Shown in pieces: positions 44,822 through 52,179 of a DNA stretch of 64,000 nt. Within the stretch, counting starts at the first letter, position 1. Each line of letters opens with the position of its first letter. The stretch lies in the NCBI GenBank assembly GCA_038145565.1, contig JAYQPX010000002.1:4729-68728 (forward strand), read 5' to 3'. The notes below the pieces were generated by a model that was not told where the DNA came from, ran no database searches, and saw nothing but the letters and a program-made list of their open reading frames with translations. Source of the DNA: Chloroflexota bacterium. GTDB taxonomy: Bacteria; Chloroflexota; Limnocylindria; Limnocylindrales; Limnocylindraceae. The position numbers and the translations under genes are program-made.

Positions 44822-45613
44822 ATGACTAAACGTGCGGTCCCCCTCCTCGTGGCGAACTGGAAGGCGAACCTTTCTCCTGGCGAAGAGGTACTGCTTGCGG
44901 GAGCGATCGCGAGCGATGCCCAGCGTAGAGGACTCCTGCCAGGGAGCCTGATGGTTGCCCCCTCCGCGCTTGGCCTCGTACCTGTTGCCTCACTGTTGCA
45001 GAGGGAGCATTCGTCGCTGCAAATCGGCGTTGCCGCTCAAGATGTGTCGGCGCTGGAGCCAGGGGCCCACACGGGAGAAACTCCCGCATTGCACCTCCTC
45101 GGCATTGCGGGCGCGGCGATTATCGGACACTCCGAGCGGCGCTCCGTTGGCGAGACCGGTGCGCAGATTGGACGGAAGGTTGCTCAAGCGGTTGCCGCGG
45201 GACTGAGGCCGATTATCTGCGTGGGCGACACTGCTCGCGAAGCAACGAAAGAGCAGCGATATGCCGAAGTGCGTGCGCAGTGGGACGAGCTGGCGACGAG
45301 CGCGGCGCAGGTTGGATGCAGCCTCGCTGCGATCCTTGAGGCTGGAGCCCTCGTTGCATACGAGCCGGTCTGGGCGATCGGAAGTGGGGCATCAGCCGAC
45401 CCAGAACTTGCAGGAGGGATTGCGGCTTCAATTCGTAAGGGGAGTAGTGATCAAGTTCAGATCCTGTATGGCGGAAGTGTGCGTGCGTCTCATGCAGCCC
45501 CCTTCTTTGCTGGCGCAGGTGGATCTCGCCTGGATGGCCTGTTGGTCGGTGGCGCGTCGCTCTCAAGTGAGAGTCTGCTCGACATTGCCGCCGCCCTTGG
45601 ATCTGCACAATGA
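44822..45613 (+). CDS. tpiA: triosephosphate isomerase
   Basis: About 263 aa from ATG 44822, ANWKAN, IIGHSERR, AYEPVWAIGSG, GGASL motifs. Confidence 0.94.
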   Translation: MTKRAVPLLVANWKANLSPGEEVLLAGAIASDAQRRGLLPGSLMVAPSALGLVPVASLLQREHSSLQIGVAAQDVSALEPGAHTGETPALHLLGIAGAAIIGHSERRSVGETGAQIGRKVAQAVAAGLRPIICVGDTAREATKEQRYAEVRAQWDELATSAAQVGCSLAAILEAGALVAYEPVWAIGSGASADPELAGGIAASIRKGSSDQVQILYGGSVRASHAAPFFAGAGGSRLDGLLVGGASLSSESLLDIAAALGSAQ

Positions 45614-47145
45614 ACCTGGCGGCGGAACGTCCGCTCATCTTGCTCGTCATTGATGGTTTTGGCATTGGCACAGGAGCACCCGGAGATGCGATCTCTGCAG
45701 CCGCGATGCCTGCGTGGCACGACCTACGCGCTCGCTGGCCGCACGCCGAACTCGATGCAAGTGGTGCAGCGGTTGGGCTCCCCGAAGGACAGATGGGGAA
45801 CAGTGAGGTGGGTCATCTAAACATCGGATCAGGGCAGCGGGTTCCACAAGACTTGCCACGCATAAATGCTGCCATTAGCAACGGAACCTTCCCTGAGCAG
45901 CCAGAGTTGCTCCGAGCGCTTCGCGCTGCGGAGGGTGGGCGCCTCCATCTCTGTAGTCTCTTGGGACCAGGCGGTGTGCATGCGCACGATAAACATCTGG
46001 TTGCACTCGCCGCAGCAGCTGAGGTGAGTGGAGTCCGCTCGGTCTACGTTCATCTCTTCCTTGATGGTCGCGACACGCCGCCACGCTCTGCGCTCGGCTA
46101 TCTCGCAGACCTAGAAGCGCGCCTCGCTCGCGTTGCTCCAAAGGCAACGATCGCTTCGGTCGCTGGCCGCTACTTTGCAATGGATCGGGATCAGCGGTGG
46201 GAGAGGACTGCCCTCGCCGTTGCGGCGATCGCTGCTGCGGATGGACTGCGCGCAACGAGTGCGCGAGATGCGATCGAACAGGGATATGCACGCGGCGAGA
46301 GTGATGAGTTTGTTGTTCCAACGGTGGTTCATGATGGTGAGGGGAGCGCGATTCGACCAGGAGATGTGCTGATTCACGCGAATTTCCGTGCAGATCGGGC
46401 GCGACAACTGGTGGCCGCGCTCAGCGCGTCACACTTTGCGCACTTTGAGCGTCCTTCGATGCTCCCACTTCCGGTTTGGGGGATGAGCTCTTATGGCGAG
46501 GAGGCAGCGATCCCTGCACTCTTCGGACCAGTACAAGTGCCCTCGCTCGCCTCAGCGATTGCCGACGCGGGTCTGAAGCAGTTCCATGTGGCAGAGACCG
46601 AGAAGTATGCGCACGTGACGTACTTCTTCAATGGCGGTCAAGAAGCGGCCCTCCCCGGTGAACGACGCATGTTGATTCCAAGCTTGCCTGTCGCGACGTA
46701 CGATCGCGCACCAGAAATGCGAGCAGCGGAGATTGCGGATGCGGTGGTTGCGGCGCTTGCAGAGGGGAGCGAGGCGTTCATCCTTGCCAATCTTGCAAAC
46801 CCAGACATGGTTGGACATACCGGTGACTTCAGCGCAACAGTCCGTGCCTGTGAGGCAGTAGATCACGCCCTGGAAAAAATCACAGCGGCGGTAGGCGCGC
46901 GACCTGGTGCAACACTTGTGGTTACTGCAGATCACGGGAACGCAGAGAGTATGGTGACAGCGGCAGGAGAACCGCTGACCAGTCACACCCTTGCCCGTGT
47001 CCCCATCCTGATCGCAGGTGATCGGATCGTCGGACATCGGCTCATTGACGGTACTCTTGAGGATATCGCACCGACGATCGGTGCCCTCACCGGGCTTTCG
47101 CTCCCCCTCACGATGACCGGCCGTTCTCTGCTCGCTCGGGCGTAA
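45610..47145 (+). CDS. gpmI: 2,3-bisphosphoglycerate-independent phosphoglycerate mutase
   Basis: 511 aa, LVIDGFG, GNSEVGHLNIGSG, TADHGNAE motifs; ATGA overlap with tpiA. Confidence 0.94.
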   Translation: MNLAAERPLILLVIDGFGIGTGAPGDAISAAAMPAWHDLRARWPHAELDASGAAVGLPEGQMGNSEVGHLNIGSGQRVPQDLPRINAAISNGTFPEQPELLRALRAAEGGRLHLCSLLGPGGVHAHDKHLVALAAAAEVSGVRSVYVHLFLDGRDTPPRSALGYLADLEARLARVAPKATIASVAGRYFAMDRDQRWERTALAVAAIAAADGLRATSARDAIEQGYARGESDEFVVPTVVHDGEGSAIRPGDVLIHANFRADRARQLVAALSASHFAHFERPSMLPLPVWGMSSYGEEAAIPALFGPVQVPSLASAIADAGLKQFHVAETEKYAHVTYFFNGGQEAALPGERRMLIPSLPVATYDRAPEMRAAEIADAVVAALAEGSEAFILANLANPDMVGHTGDFSATVRACEAVDHALEKITAAVGARPGATLVVTADHGNAESMVTAAGEPLTSHTLARVPILIAGDRIVGHRLIDGTLEDIAPTIGALTGLSLPLTMTGRSLLARA

Positions 47146-47154
47146 GGGGAGGGG

Positions 47155-47163
47155 TGCTACAAT
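47155..47163 (+). promoter_or_regulatory. candidate extended -10 promoter (TGcTACAAT) for secG
   Basis: TGCTACAAT lies 40 nt upstream of the secG ATG and is followed by SD GGAGG. Confidence 0.45.
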
Positions 47164-47203
47164 TGACGAACGCGGGATTGCCGCGCATGCATCGGAGGTA
47201 TCC

Positions 47204-47425
47204 ATGAACCCCATCCTCGCTGTTGGCCAGATTATCGTGTGCATCTTCTTGATCGTGGCAATCCTGATGCAGGCGCGTGGCATTGGCCTTAGCTCTGCAT
47301 TCGGCGGCGATTCAAGTGTCTATCGATCACGCCGCGGTGTTGAGCGACAGTTGATGCGATTTACCGTGCTGCTCACACTCCTCTTCGTGCTCTTCTCGCT
47401 GGTTGGCTATCTCCAGTCCAACTAA
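47204..47425 (+). CDS. secG: preprotein translocase subunit SecG
   Basis: 73 aa, two TM helices flanking the Gly-rich loop GLSSAFGG. Confidence 0.88.
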   Translation: MNPILAVGQIIVCIFLIVAILMQARGIGLSSAFGGDSSVYRSRRGVERQLMRFTVLLTLLFVLFSLVGYLQSN

Positions 47426-47470
47426 CCGAGAGGGCACCTCGCCCATGGACGCGCGCGACAGGAGGCCTCA

Positions 47471-49126
47471 ATGAGCCCACTTCGAAGAGTCGCCGCACTG
47501 CTCCTATTTGCCGTTGCATTGGTGAGCGCGGGGGCGCAGGCGGGAATCGTTGGAGGGGCCCGACCAGGGGGAGGACTCTCGATCGGCATCGCCCTGCCGA
47601 GCGGTCCAACGACTCTTCGCGAAGGTGTGATTGGACTCCCTGAACGGCCACTCCCACTCTTTGCCACTACTGGCGCCGATCGCGCCATTGTTGCGCTCAC
47701 GTATCGCGGGCTCACCCGACTCGATACGAGCGGCTACCCAACCGCAGATCTCGCGAACTCATGGAGTGTCAGCGAAGACGGGCTCGCTTGGACATTCGTC
47801 CTTGATCCCACGGCGCGTTGGGAGGATGGCACACCAATCACCGCCGCCGATGCGCAGTTGACCATTGGGCTTGCTGGCGAACTCCGACTCGATGGCGGTT
47901 ACTGGGAGGCACTCACTGTTGAGGTGAGTGAGTCGACGGGAGATCTTGTCGTTCGTGCGCCACGCGCACTCGCGAACCTCCCTGCACTGCTTGGCACGCT
48001 CCCGCTTCTCCCAGCACACCTCTTCAGTGGAACAGCTGCACGCGATATTCCGCAACTTGAGGCGGCCGCCACCCCGATGGGGAGCGGCCCATTCCGAGTC
48101 GTCGCACTGGATGGTGGGGCGGCCGCACTTGAGCTGCGTGATGATCTCCTCGCCGGAGACCTTGCGGCTCGCTCGCTCATGCGTGAGGGGGCAACTGGTC
48201 TCGCTGTTGAATCGATCGCACTCCGGTTCTACGGCACCGAAGAGGAGGGGCTCAGCGCATGGCGTGCAGGCGACCTGGATGCTCTCGTTGGAGTTGGGCG
48301 AGAGGGGAGAGCGACGGCAGAACTGACGGCTGGTCGCACTATCGAGCTGGGTTCCACCACGTTCAACGGGATCGCAATCAATTTGCGTCCACGGACCGTA
48401 CTCCGCCATCCAAAGCTTCGCCTCGGGCTCCGCGCACTCCTTGATCCGTCGGCGATCACCAGTGCGTACGGAGGCCGTGAAGTGGCCGCACCGGTTTCTC
48501 CGCTTTCGTGGGGCTGGGCCGAAGTGCCCCTCCCAGTTCGTGGGGCCGAGTACGCAAAGAGGCAGTTCGAAGGTGCGAAGTGGAAGTTCAAGGACGGCGT
48601 CTGGCTTGATGCGGAGAAGAAGTCCGTAAGTTTGGAGATTCTCACGCTCCCATCTGCTCCGTTTCCAGAAGATACAGCGGTTGCATCTCAAGCGGCGTCA
48701 GCGTGGATTGCATTTGGCGTACCCACGATCGTCACAGAGGTCGATGCGGAGACTCTCACCTCGCGTCTTGCGACGGGTGACTTCGATCTTGTCGTCTTAA
48801 ACGTTGATGTTGGGATTGATCCCGATCTCTATCCTCTCCTCGGTTCTGCTGCGGTGCTGAGCGGCGGGAATGTGGTCGGAATCCAGCTCAAGGAACTGGA
48901 TGCGCTCCTGAATGAGGCACGCAAGCCTGCGGAGCGGGAGGCGCGGGTCAAGGCACTCGCCGCAGTCCAGCGCTGGTGCGCGGCGAACAACTACCTGCTC
49001 CCGATACGATTTAAGGCTGAGGAGCTCCTTGTTGCCTCGCGACTTACTGGTCTCACCCCGCTCCTCGTGCGAGAGCCTGAGACCCACCTTCGGGATGTGC
49101 TATCTTTCCGCCTCGCGGCTCCGTGA
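47471..49126 (+). CDS. ABC transporter substrate-binding protein, family 5 (peptide/nickel type)
   Basis: 551 aa, signal peptide, WEDGTPITAADA-type family-5 block; SD AGGAGG upstream; no permease or ATPase genes adjacent. Confidence 0.7.
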   Translation: MSPLRRVAALLLFAVALVSAGAQAGIVGGARPGGGLSIGIALPSGPTTLREGVIGLPERPLPLFATTGADRAIVALTYRGLTRLDTSGYPTADLANSWSVSEDGLAWTFVLDPTARWEDGTPITAADAQLTIGLAGELRLDGGYWEALTVEVSESTGDLVVRAPRALANLPALLGTLPLLPAHLFSGTAARDIPQLEAAATPMGSGPFRVVALDGGAAALELRDDLLAGDLAARSLMREGATGLAVESIALRFYGTEEEGLSAWRAGDLDALVGVGREGRATAELTAGRTIELGSTTFNGIAINLRPRTVLRHPKLRLGLRALLDPSAITSAYGGREVAAPVSPLSWGWAEVPLPVRGAEYAKRQFEGAKWKFKDGVWLDAEKKSVSLEILTLPSAPFPEDTAVASQAASAWIAFGVPTIVTEVDAETLTSRLATGDFDLVVLNVDVGIDPDLYPLLGSAAVLSGGNVVGIQLKELDALLNEARKPAEREARVKALAAVQRWCAANNYLLPIRFKAEELLVASRLTGLTPLLVREPETHLRDVLSFRLAAP

Positions 49127-49148
49127 TCGTTCTCGGGGCTTCGTTCGG

Positions 49149-49235
49149 GTCGAGGTGGCGGAATTGGCAGACGCGCTGGCTTCAGGAGCCAGTGTCCGCA
49201 AGGACGTATGGGTTCAAGTCCCTTCCTCGATACCA
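49149..49235 (+). tRNA. tRNA-Leu (anticodon CAG), CCA encoded
   Basis: Class II cloverleaf, anticodon loop TTCAGGA, variable arm GTCC-gcaa-GGAC; has a G1:U72 pair and one U:U in the T-stem. Confidence 0.8.
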
Positions 49236-49263
49236 GTCAATGCGTCAGGGACGCAACACCTGT

Positions 49264-49348
49264 GCCCAGGTGGCGGAATTGGTATACGCGTACGTTTGAG
49301 GGGCGTATGACGCAAGTCATCCGGGTTCAAGTCCCGGTCTGGGCACCA
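49264..49348 (+). tRNA. tRNA-Leu (anticodon GAG), CCA encoded
   Basis: Acceptor GCCCAGG, anticodon loop TTGAGGG, variable arm TGAC-gcaa-GTCA, T-arm CCGGGTTCAAGTCCCGG. Confidence 0.88.
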
Positions 49349-49386
49349 CACTTCACTTGAAATGGTCGCCAGCGGGCGACTGCTCC

Positions 49387-49462
49387 GGGCGGTTAGCTCA
49401 GTTGGTAGAGCACCTCGTTTACACCGAGGGGGTCGGGGGTTCGAGCCCCTCACCGCCCACCA
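49387..49462 (+). tRNA. tRNA-Val (anticodon TAC), CCA encoded
   Basis: GGGCGGTTAGCTCAGTTGGTAGAGCACCTCGTTTACACCGAGG..., 76 nt cloverleaf. Confidence 0.92.
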
Positions 49463-49503
49463 GCCCTCTCGCGGTCCGGCCCTCGGGTTCGGCGGGCCCT
49501 CCA

Positions 49504-49532
49504 TTGCGCCCTCCCGCCGCGGAAGGTATCCT
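49504..49532 (+). promoter_or_regulatory. candidate internal promoter in the tRNA array (-35 TTGCGC, 17 nt, -10 TATCCT)
   Basis: Lies in the 114-nt Val-Phe spacer, the longest spacer of the array. Confidence 0.3.
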
Positions 49533-49576
49533 CAACCTCGTTGGTGTCTGAGGTCGCTGTGGCAGGCGGTCAACGA

Positions 49577-49652
49577 GCCGAGATAGCTCAGTTGGTAGAG
49601 CACGCGCCTGAAGAGCGCGGTGTCGCCAGTTCGAATCTGGCTCTCGGCACCA
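49577..49652 (+). tRNA. tRNA-Phe (anticodon GAA), CCA encoded
   Basis: GCCGAGATAGCTCAGTTGGTAGAGCACGCGCCTGAAGAGCGCG..., 76 nt cloverleaf. Confidence 0.92.
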
Positions 49653-49668
49653 TCATCGATGTAACGGC

Positions 49669-49744
49669 GCGGAAGTGGCTCAGTTGGTAGAGCATCACAT
49701 TGCCAATGTGAAGGTCGCGGGTTCGAGTCCCGTCTTCCGCTCCA
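49669..49744 (+). tRNA. tRNA-Gly (anticodon GCC), CCA encoded
   Basis: GCGGAAGTGGCTCAGTTGGTAGAGCATCACATTGCCAATGTGA..., 76 nt cloverleaf. Confidence 0.92.
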
Positions 49745-49767
49745 ATCTCTCGGAGATCCGGGGTCGA

Positions 49768-49841
49768 TGCCCCTTCGTCTAGTGGTAGGACACCGGACTT
49801 TGAATCCGTGAACCGAGGTTCGAATCCTCGAGGGGCAGCCA
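49768..49841 (+). tRNA. tRNA-Gln (anticodon TTG), CCA encoded
   Basis: TGCCCCTTCGTCTAGTGGTAGGACACCGGACTTTGAATCCG..., acceptor TGCCCCT/AGGGGCA, 74 nt. Confidence 0.88.
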
Positions 49842-49853
49842 ACACGGAACTGG

Positions 49854-49930
49854 GGCGACGTACCCAAGTGGTCTAAGGGGGGGGTCTGCAAAACCCCTAT
49901 TCGCCGGTTCGAATCCGGCCGTCGCCTCCA
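49854..49930 (+). tRNA. tRNA-Cys (anticodon GCA), CCA encoded
   Basis: GGCGACG acceptor, anticodon arm GGGGT-CTGCAAA-ACCCC, T-arm GCCGGTTCGAATCCGGC. Confidence 0.88.
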
Positions 49931-49934
49931 ACGC

Positions 49935-49963
49935 TTGGACCCCAGCACCTTGAGTGCTACACT
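49935..49963 (+). promoter_or_regulatory. candidate sigma-70 promoter of the rpsF operon (-35 TTGGAC, 17 nt with TGn, -10 TACACT)
   Basis: TTGGAC(49935-49940)-17nt-TACACT(49958-49963), preceded by TGc; about 80 nt upstream of the rpsF ATG. Confidence 0.5.
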
Positions 49964-49990
49964 CCGCCTCTGCCTTTCGGCTCCGGCCCA

Positions 49991-50007
49991 CTGCGCAAGT
50001 TGCGCAG
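49991..50007 (+). promoter_or_regulatory. perfect hairpin in the rpsF 5' leader
   Basis: CTGCGCA-agt-TGCGCAG, 7-bp stem, 37 nt upstream of the rpsF start. Confidence 0.3.
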
Positions 50008-50043
50008 GGTGCACCGGGGCGAATCCATAGGAAGGAGTGCGCA

Positions 50044-50463
50044 ATGCGCCGCTACGAGCTCATGATGATCATGCAACCAGATGTTGCGGAGGACCGCATC
50101 AAGGCGATCCTTGAACGAACAGTTCGCTCCATCACCGAGGCGGGAGGAAGCATACTCAAGAACGTGCCTTGGGGGCGTCGCCGCCTGGCGTATGAGATTG
50201 CTGGACACCGGGATGGCATCTATCAGATCTACCTGTTTGAAGCGCCCGCAGCATCCATTGCTGAGCTTGAGCGCGTGCTCCTGATCACAGAAGAGGTGCT
50301 CCGGCACCTGGTGATTCGAGATGAGCGCCCAGCGTCCGCGATCAGGGACGAGCTCGAAGAAGAGGCGGCTGATGCCGCCGCCGCGGCTGCCGCTGCTGAT
50401 GCGCAGCTCGATGAAGCTGAGAGCGACGCCGCTCCGGCCGCAGTCGCAGTCGACGGGGAGTAG
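50044..50463 (+). CDS. rpsF: 30S ribosomal protein S6 (with acidic Ala/Glu/Asp-rich C-terminal tail)
   Basis: MRRYELMMIMQPDV... from ATG 50044, with SD AGGAAGGAG. The ORF-track start 49954 was rejected. Confidence 0.93.
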   Translation: MRRYELMMIMQPDVAEDRIKAILERTVRSITEAGGSILKNVPWGRRRLAYEIAGHRDGIYQIYLFEAPAASIAELERVLLITEEVLRHLVIRDERPASAIRDELEEEAADAAAAAAAADAQLDEAESDAAPAAVAVDGE

Positions 50464-50466
50464 TAC

Positions 50467-50910
50467 ATGTCATTCGCAAAGATCAGCATCATTGGCAACC
50501 TTGGCGCAGATCCAGAGTTGAAGTACACCGCCGACGGGAAGCCACGACTTGAGATGCGCGTGGCGACGAATGAACGCCGTAAGTCTGCTGGCGGCGAGTG
50601 GGAAGACAAGACAACTTGGTATCGCGTCATCATGTTCGGCGAGCGCTCCGTGAAGCTCGCAGAGTGGCTTCGCAAAGGGCGCAAGGTCTATGCCGAAGGA
50701 CGACTTCAGGTGGATCTCTACGACTCGAAAGAGGGCGAGAAGCGCGTGGCGCTGGAGATCCTCGCAAATGAAGTGGTGATCGTAGATCGTAATCCAGACG
50801 CAGACCCGAGCGCCCCGCGACCTGCGCGAGCCGCGGCACCAAGTGCCGAGGCGCGTTCGGAGCAGGGAACGGCATCAGCGCCGAGCGATCTTGACGACCT
50901 TCCCTTCTAA
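50467..50910 (+). CDS. ssb: single-stranded DNA-binding protein
   Basis: 147 aa, OB fold (KISIIGNLGADPELKYT), Pro/Ala-rich linker, acidic tip DLDDLPF. Confidence 0.95.
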   Translation: MSFAKISIIGNLGADPELKYTADGKPRLEMRVATNERRKSAGGEWEDKTTWYRVIMFGERSVKLAEWLRKGRKVYAEGRLQVDLYDSKEGEKRVALEILANEVVIVDRNPDADPSAPRPARAAAPSAEARSEQGTASAPSDLDDLPF

Positions 50911-50953
50911 AAAGCAAACCGAACAACCACCACAAGATTGAGAGGAGAGCAAT

Positions 50954-51223
50954 ATGGCAGAGGCACCGAAGCGATTCAAGAAGCGTGAAGACAAGTTTGG
51001 CGCAGCCCGACGTCGTCGGACCTGTTCATTTTGCGGCGATAAGCGTGGCGTGATCGATTACAAGGAAGTGAGCCGACTCCGCCGCTTCATTTCCGATCGC
51101 GCGAAGATTGAACCACGACGGAAGACAGGGAATTGCACGCAACATCAGCACGAGTTGACCGTTGCCTTGAAGCGTGCACGACAGATGGCTCTTCTCCCAT
51201 ATGCTCCACAGCATCAGGGGTAA
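50954..51223 (+). CDS. rpsR: 30S ribosomal protein S18
   Basis: 89 aa, CSFCGDK...[19 protein letters not shown] typical S18. Confidence 0.95.
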   Translation: MAEAPKRFKKREDKFGAARRRRTCSFCGDKRGVIDYKEVSRLRRFISDRAKIEPRRKTGNCTQHQHELTVALKRARQMALLPYAPQHQG

Positions 51224-51228
51224 CCTGC

Positions 51229-52179
51229 ATGACATCGAGCGAGGTGAAGGGGCCAATCGCATACTTTGAGGGTGGGTTCCGCCCGCTCGCAGATGCGAAG
51301 GTCAACGTGATGACGCACGCCTTCCTCTACGGGACGGCCACATTCGAAGGGATCCGTGCCTACTGGAATGCAGATCAGGGCGAACTCTATGCGCTCAAGC
51401 TGAACGAGCATCTGGAGCGACTCCGCGCGTCCTCCAAGATCTTGATGATGAACCCGCTCCCAGAAGTTGCAGAGCTTCGTTCGATCGTCATCGAGCTGTT
51501 GCAAAAGAGCAACTTCAAGGAAGACGTGTACATCCGCCCCAGCATCTACAAGAGCACCGAAGCGATTGGGGTTCGCCTCCATGATCTGAAGAACAATTTC
51601 TATGTGATCGCAATCCCGTTCGGCAACTACATTGACGTTGATTCAGGGATCCGCTGCGCCACCGTGGCAACGAGGCGGACCTCTGATCTAGCGATCCCCG
51701 CACGCGCCAAAGTGGTGGGGAACTACGTGAACAGCGCTTTCTCAAAGACCGAAGCGATGCTCAACGGGCACGACGAGGCGATCGTGCTCACTGAGGCCGG
51801 GAAGGTGTCCGAGGGCTCTGCGGAGAATCTCTTCCTCCTGCGTGGAAACACACTGATTACCCCAGGCCTCAACGATGACATTCTTGAAGGGATTACACGT
51901 GCTGCGGTAGTGGAGATCGCGCGTGAAATGGGTCTCAAGGTGAGCGAGCGATCAATCGATCGAAGCGAGCTCTACATCGCCGATGAGCTATTCCTCTGTG
52001 GAACAGGCGCACAGATTTCGCCTGTAATTGAGGTGGATCATCGTGCGATCGGGAGTGGGGAGATTGGCCCAATCACGAAGCGCATCCAGGAGCGATACTT
52101 CGCCGCCGTCCAAGGTCGGGTCCCTGAGTACTCACACTGGCTTACGCCGATTTACGGTACTAAGAAGGCTGGCGCATAG
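51229..52179 (+). CDS. ilvE: branched-chain amino acid aminotransferase (class IV PLP enzyme)
   Basis: About 316 aa from ATG 51229 (MTSSEVKGPIAYFEGGF...), FEGIRAY, ENLFLLRGNTLITP, GITR motifs. Confidence 0.88.
   Translation: MTSSEVKGPIAYFEGGFRPLADAKVNVMTHAFLYGTATFEGIRAYWNADQGELYALKLNEHLERLRASSKILMMNPLPEVAELRSIVIELLQKSNFKEDVYIRPSIYKSTEAIGVRLHDLKNNFYVIAIPFGNYIDVDSGIRCATVATRRTSDLAIPARAKVVGNYVNSAFSKTEAMLNGHDEAIVLTEAGKVSEGSAENLFLLRGNTLITPGLNDDILEGITRAAVVEIAREMGLKVSERSIDRSELYIADELFLCGTGAQISPVIEVDHRAIGSGEIGPITKRIQERYFAAVQGRVPEYSHWLTPIYGTKKAGA

Noticed and set aside
49387-49700. Repeated GCTCAGTTGGTAGAGCA segments, considered as a direct-repeat or CRISPR-like array
   Set aside because: They are the conserved D-arms of tRNA-Val, tRNA-Phe and tRNA-Gly. 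No spacer/repeat periodicity exists anywhere in the window.
49877-49884. Run of eight G, considered as a slippage or phase-variation tract
   Set aside because: It forms the 3' D-stem, position 26 and the 5' anticodon stem of tRNA-Cys and pairs with CCC and ACCCC, so it is structural.
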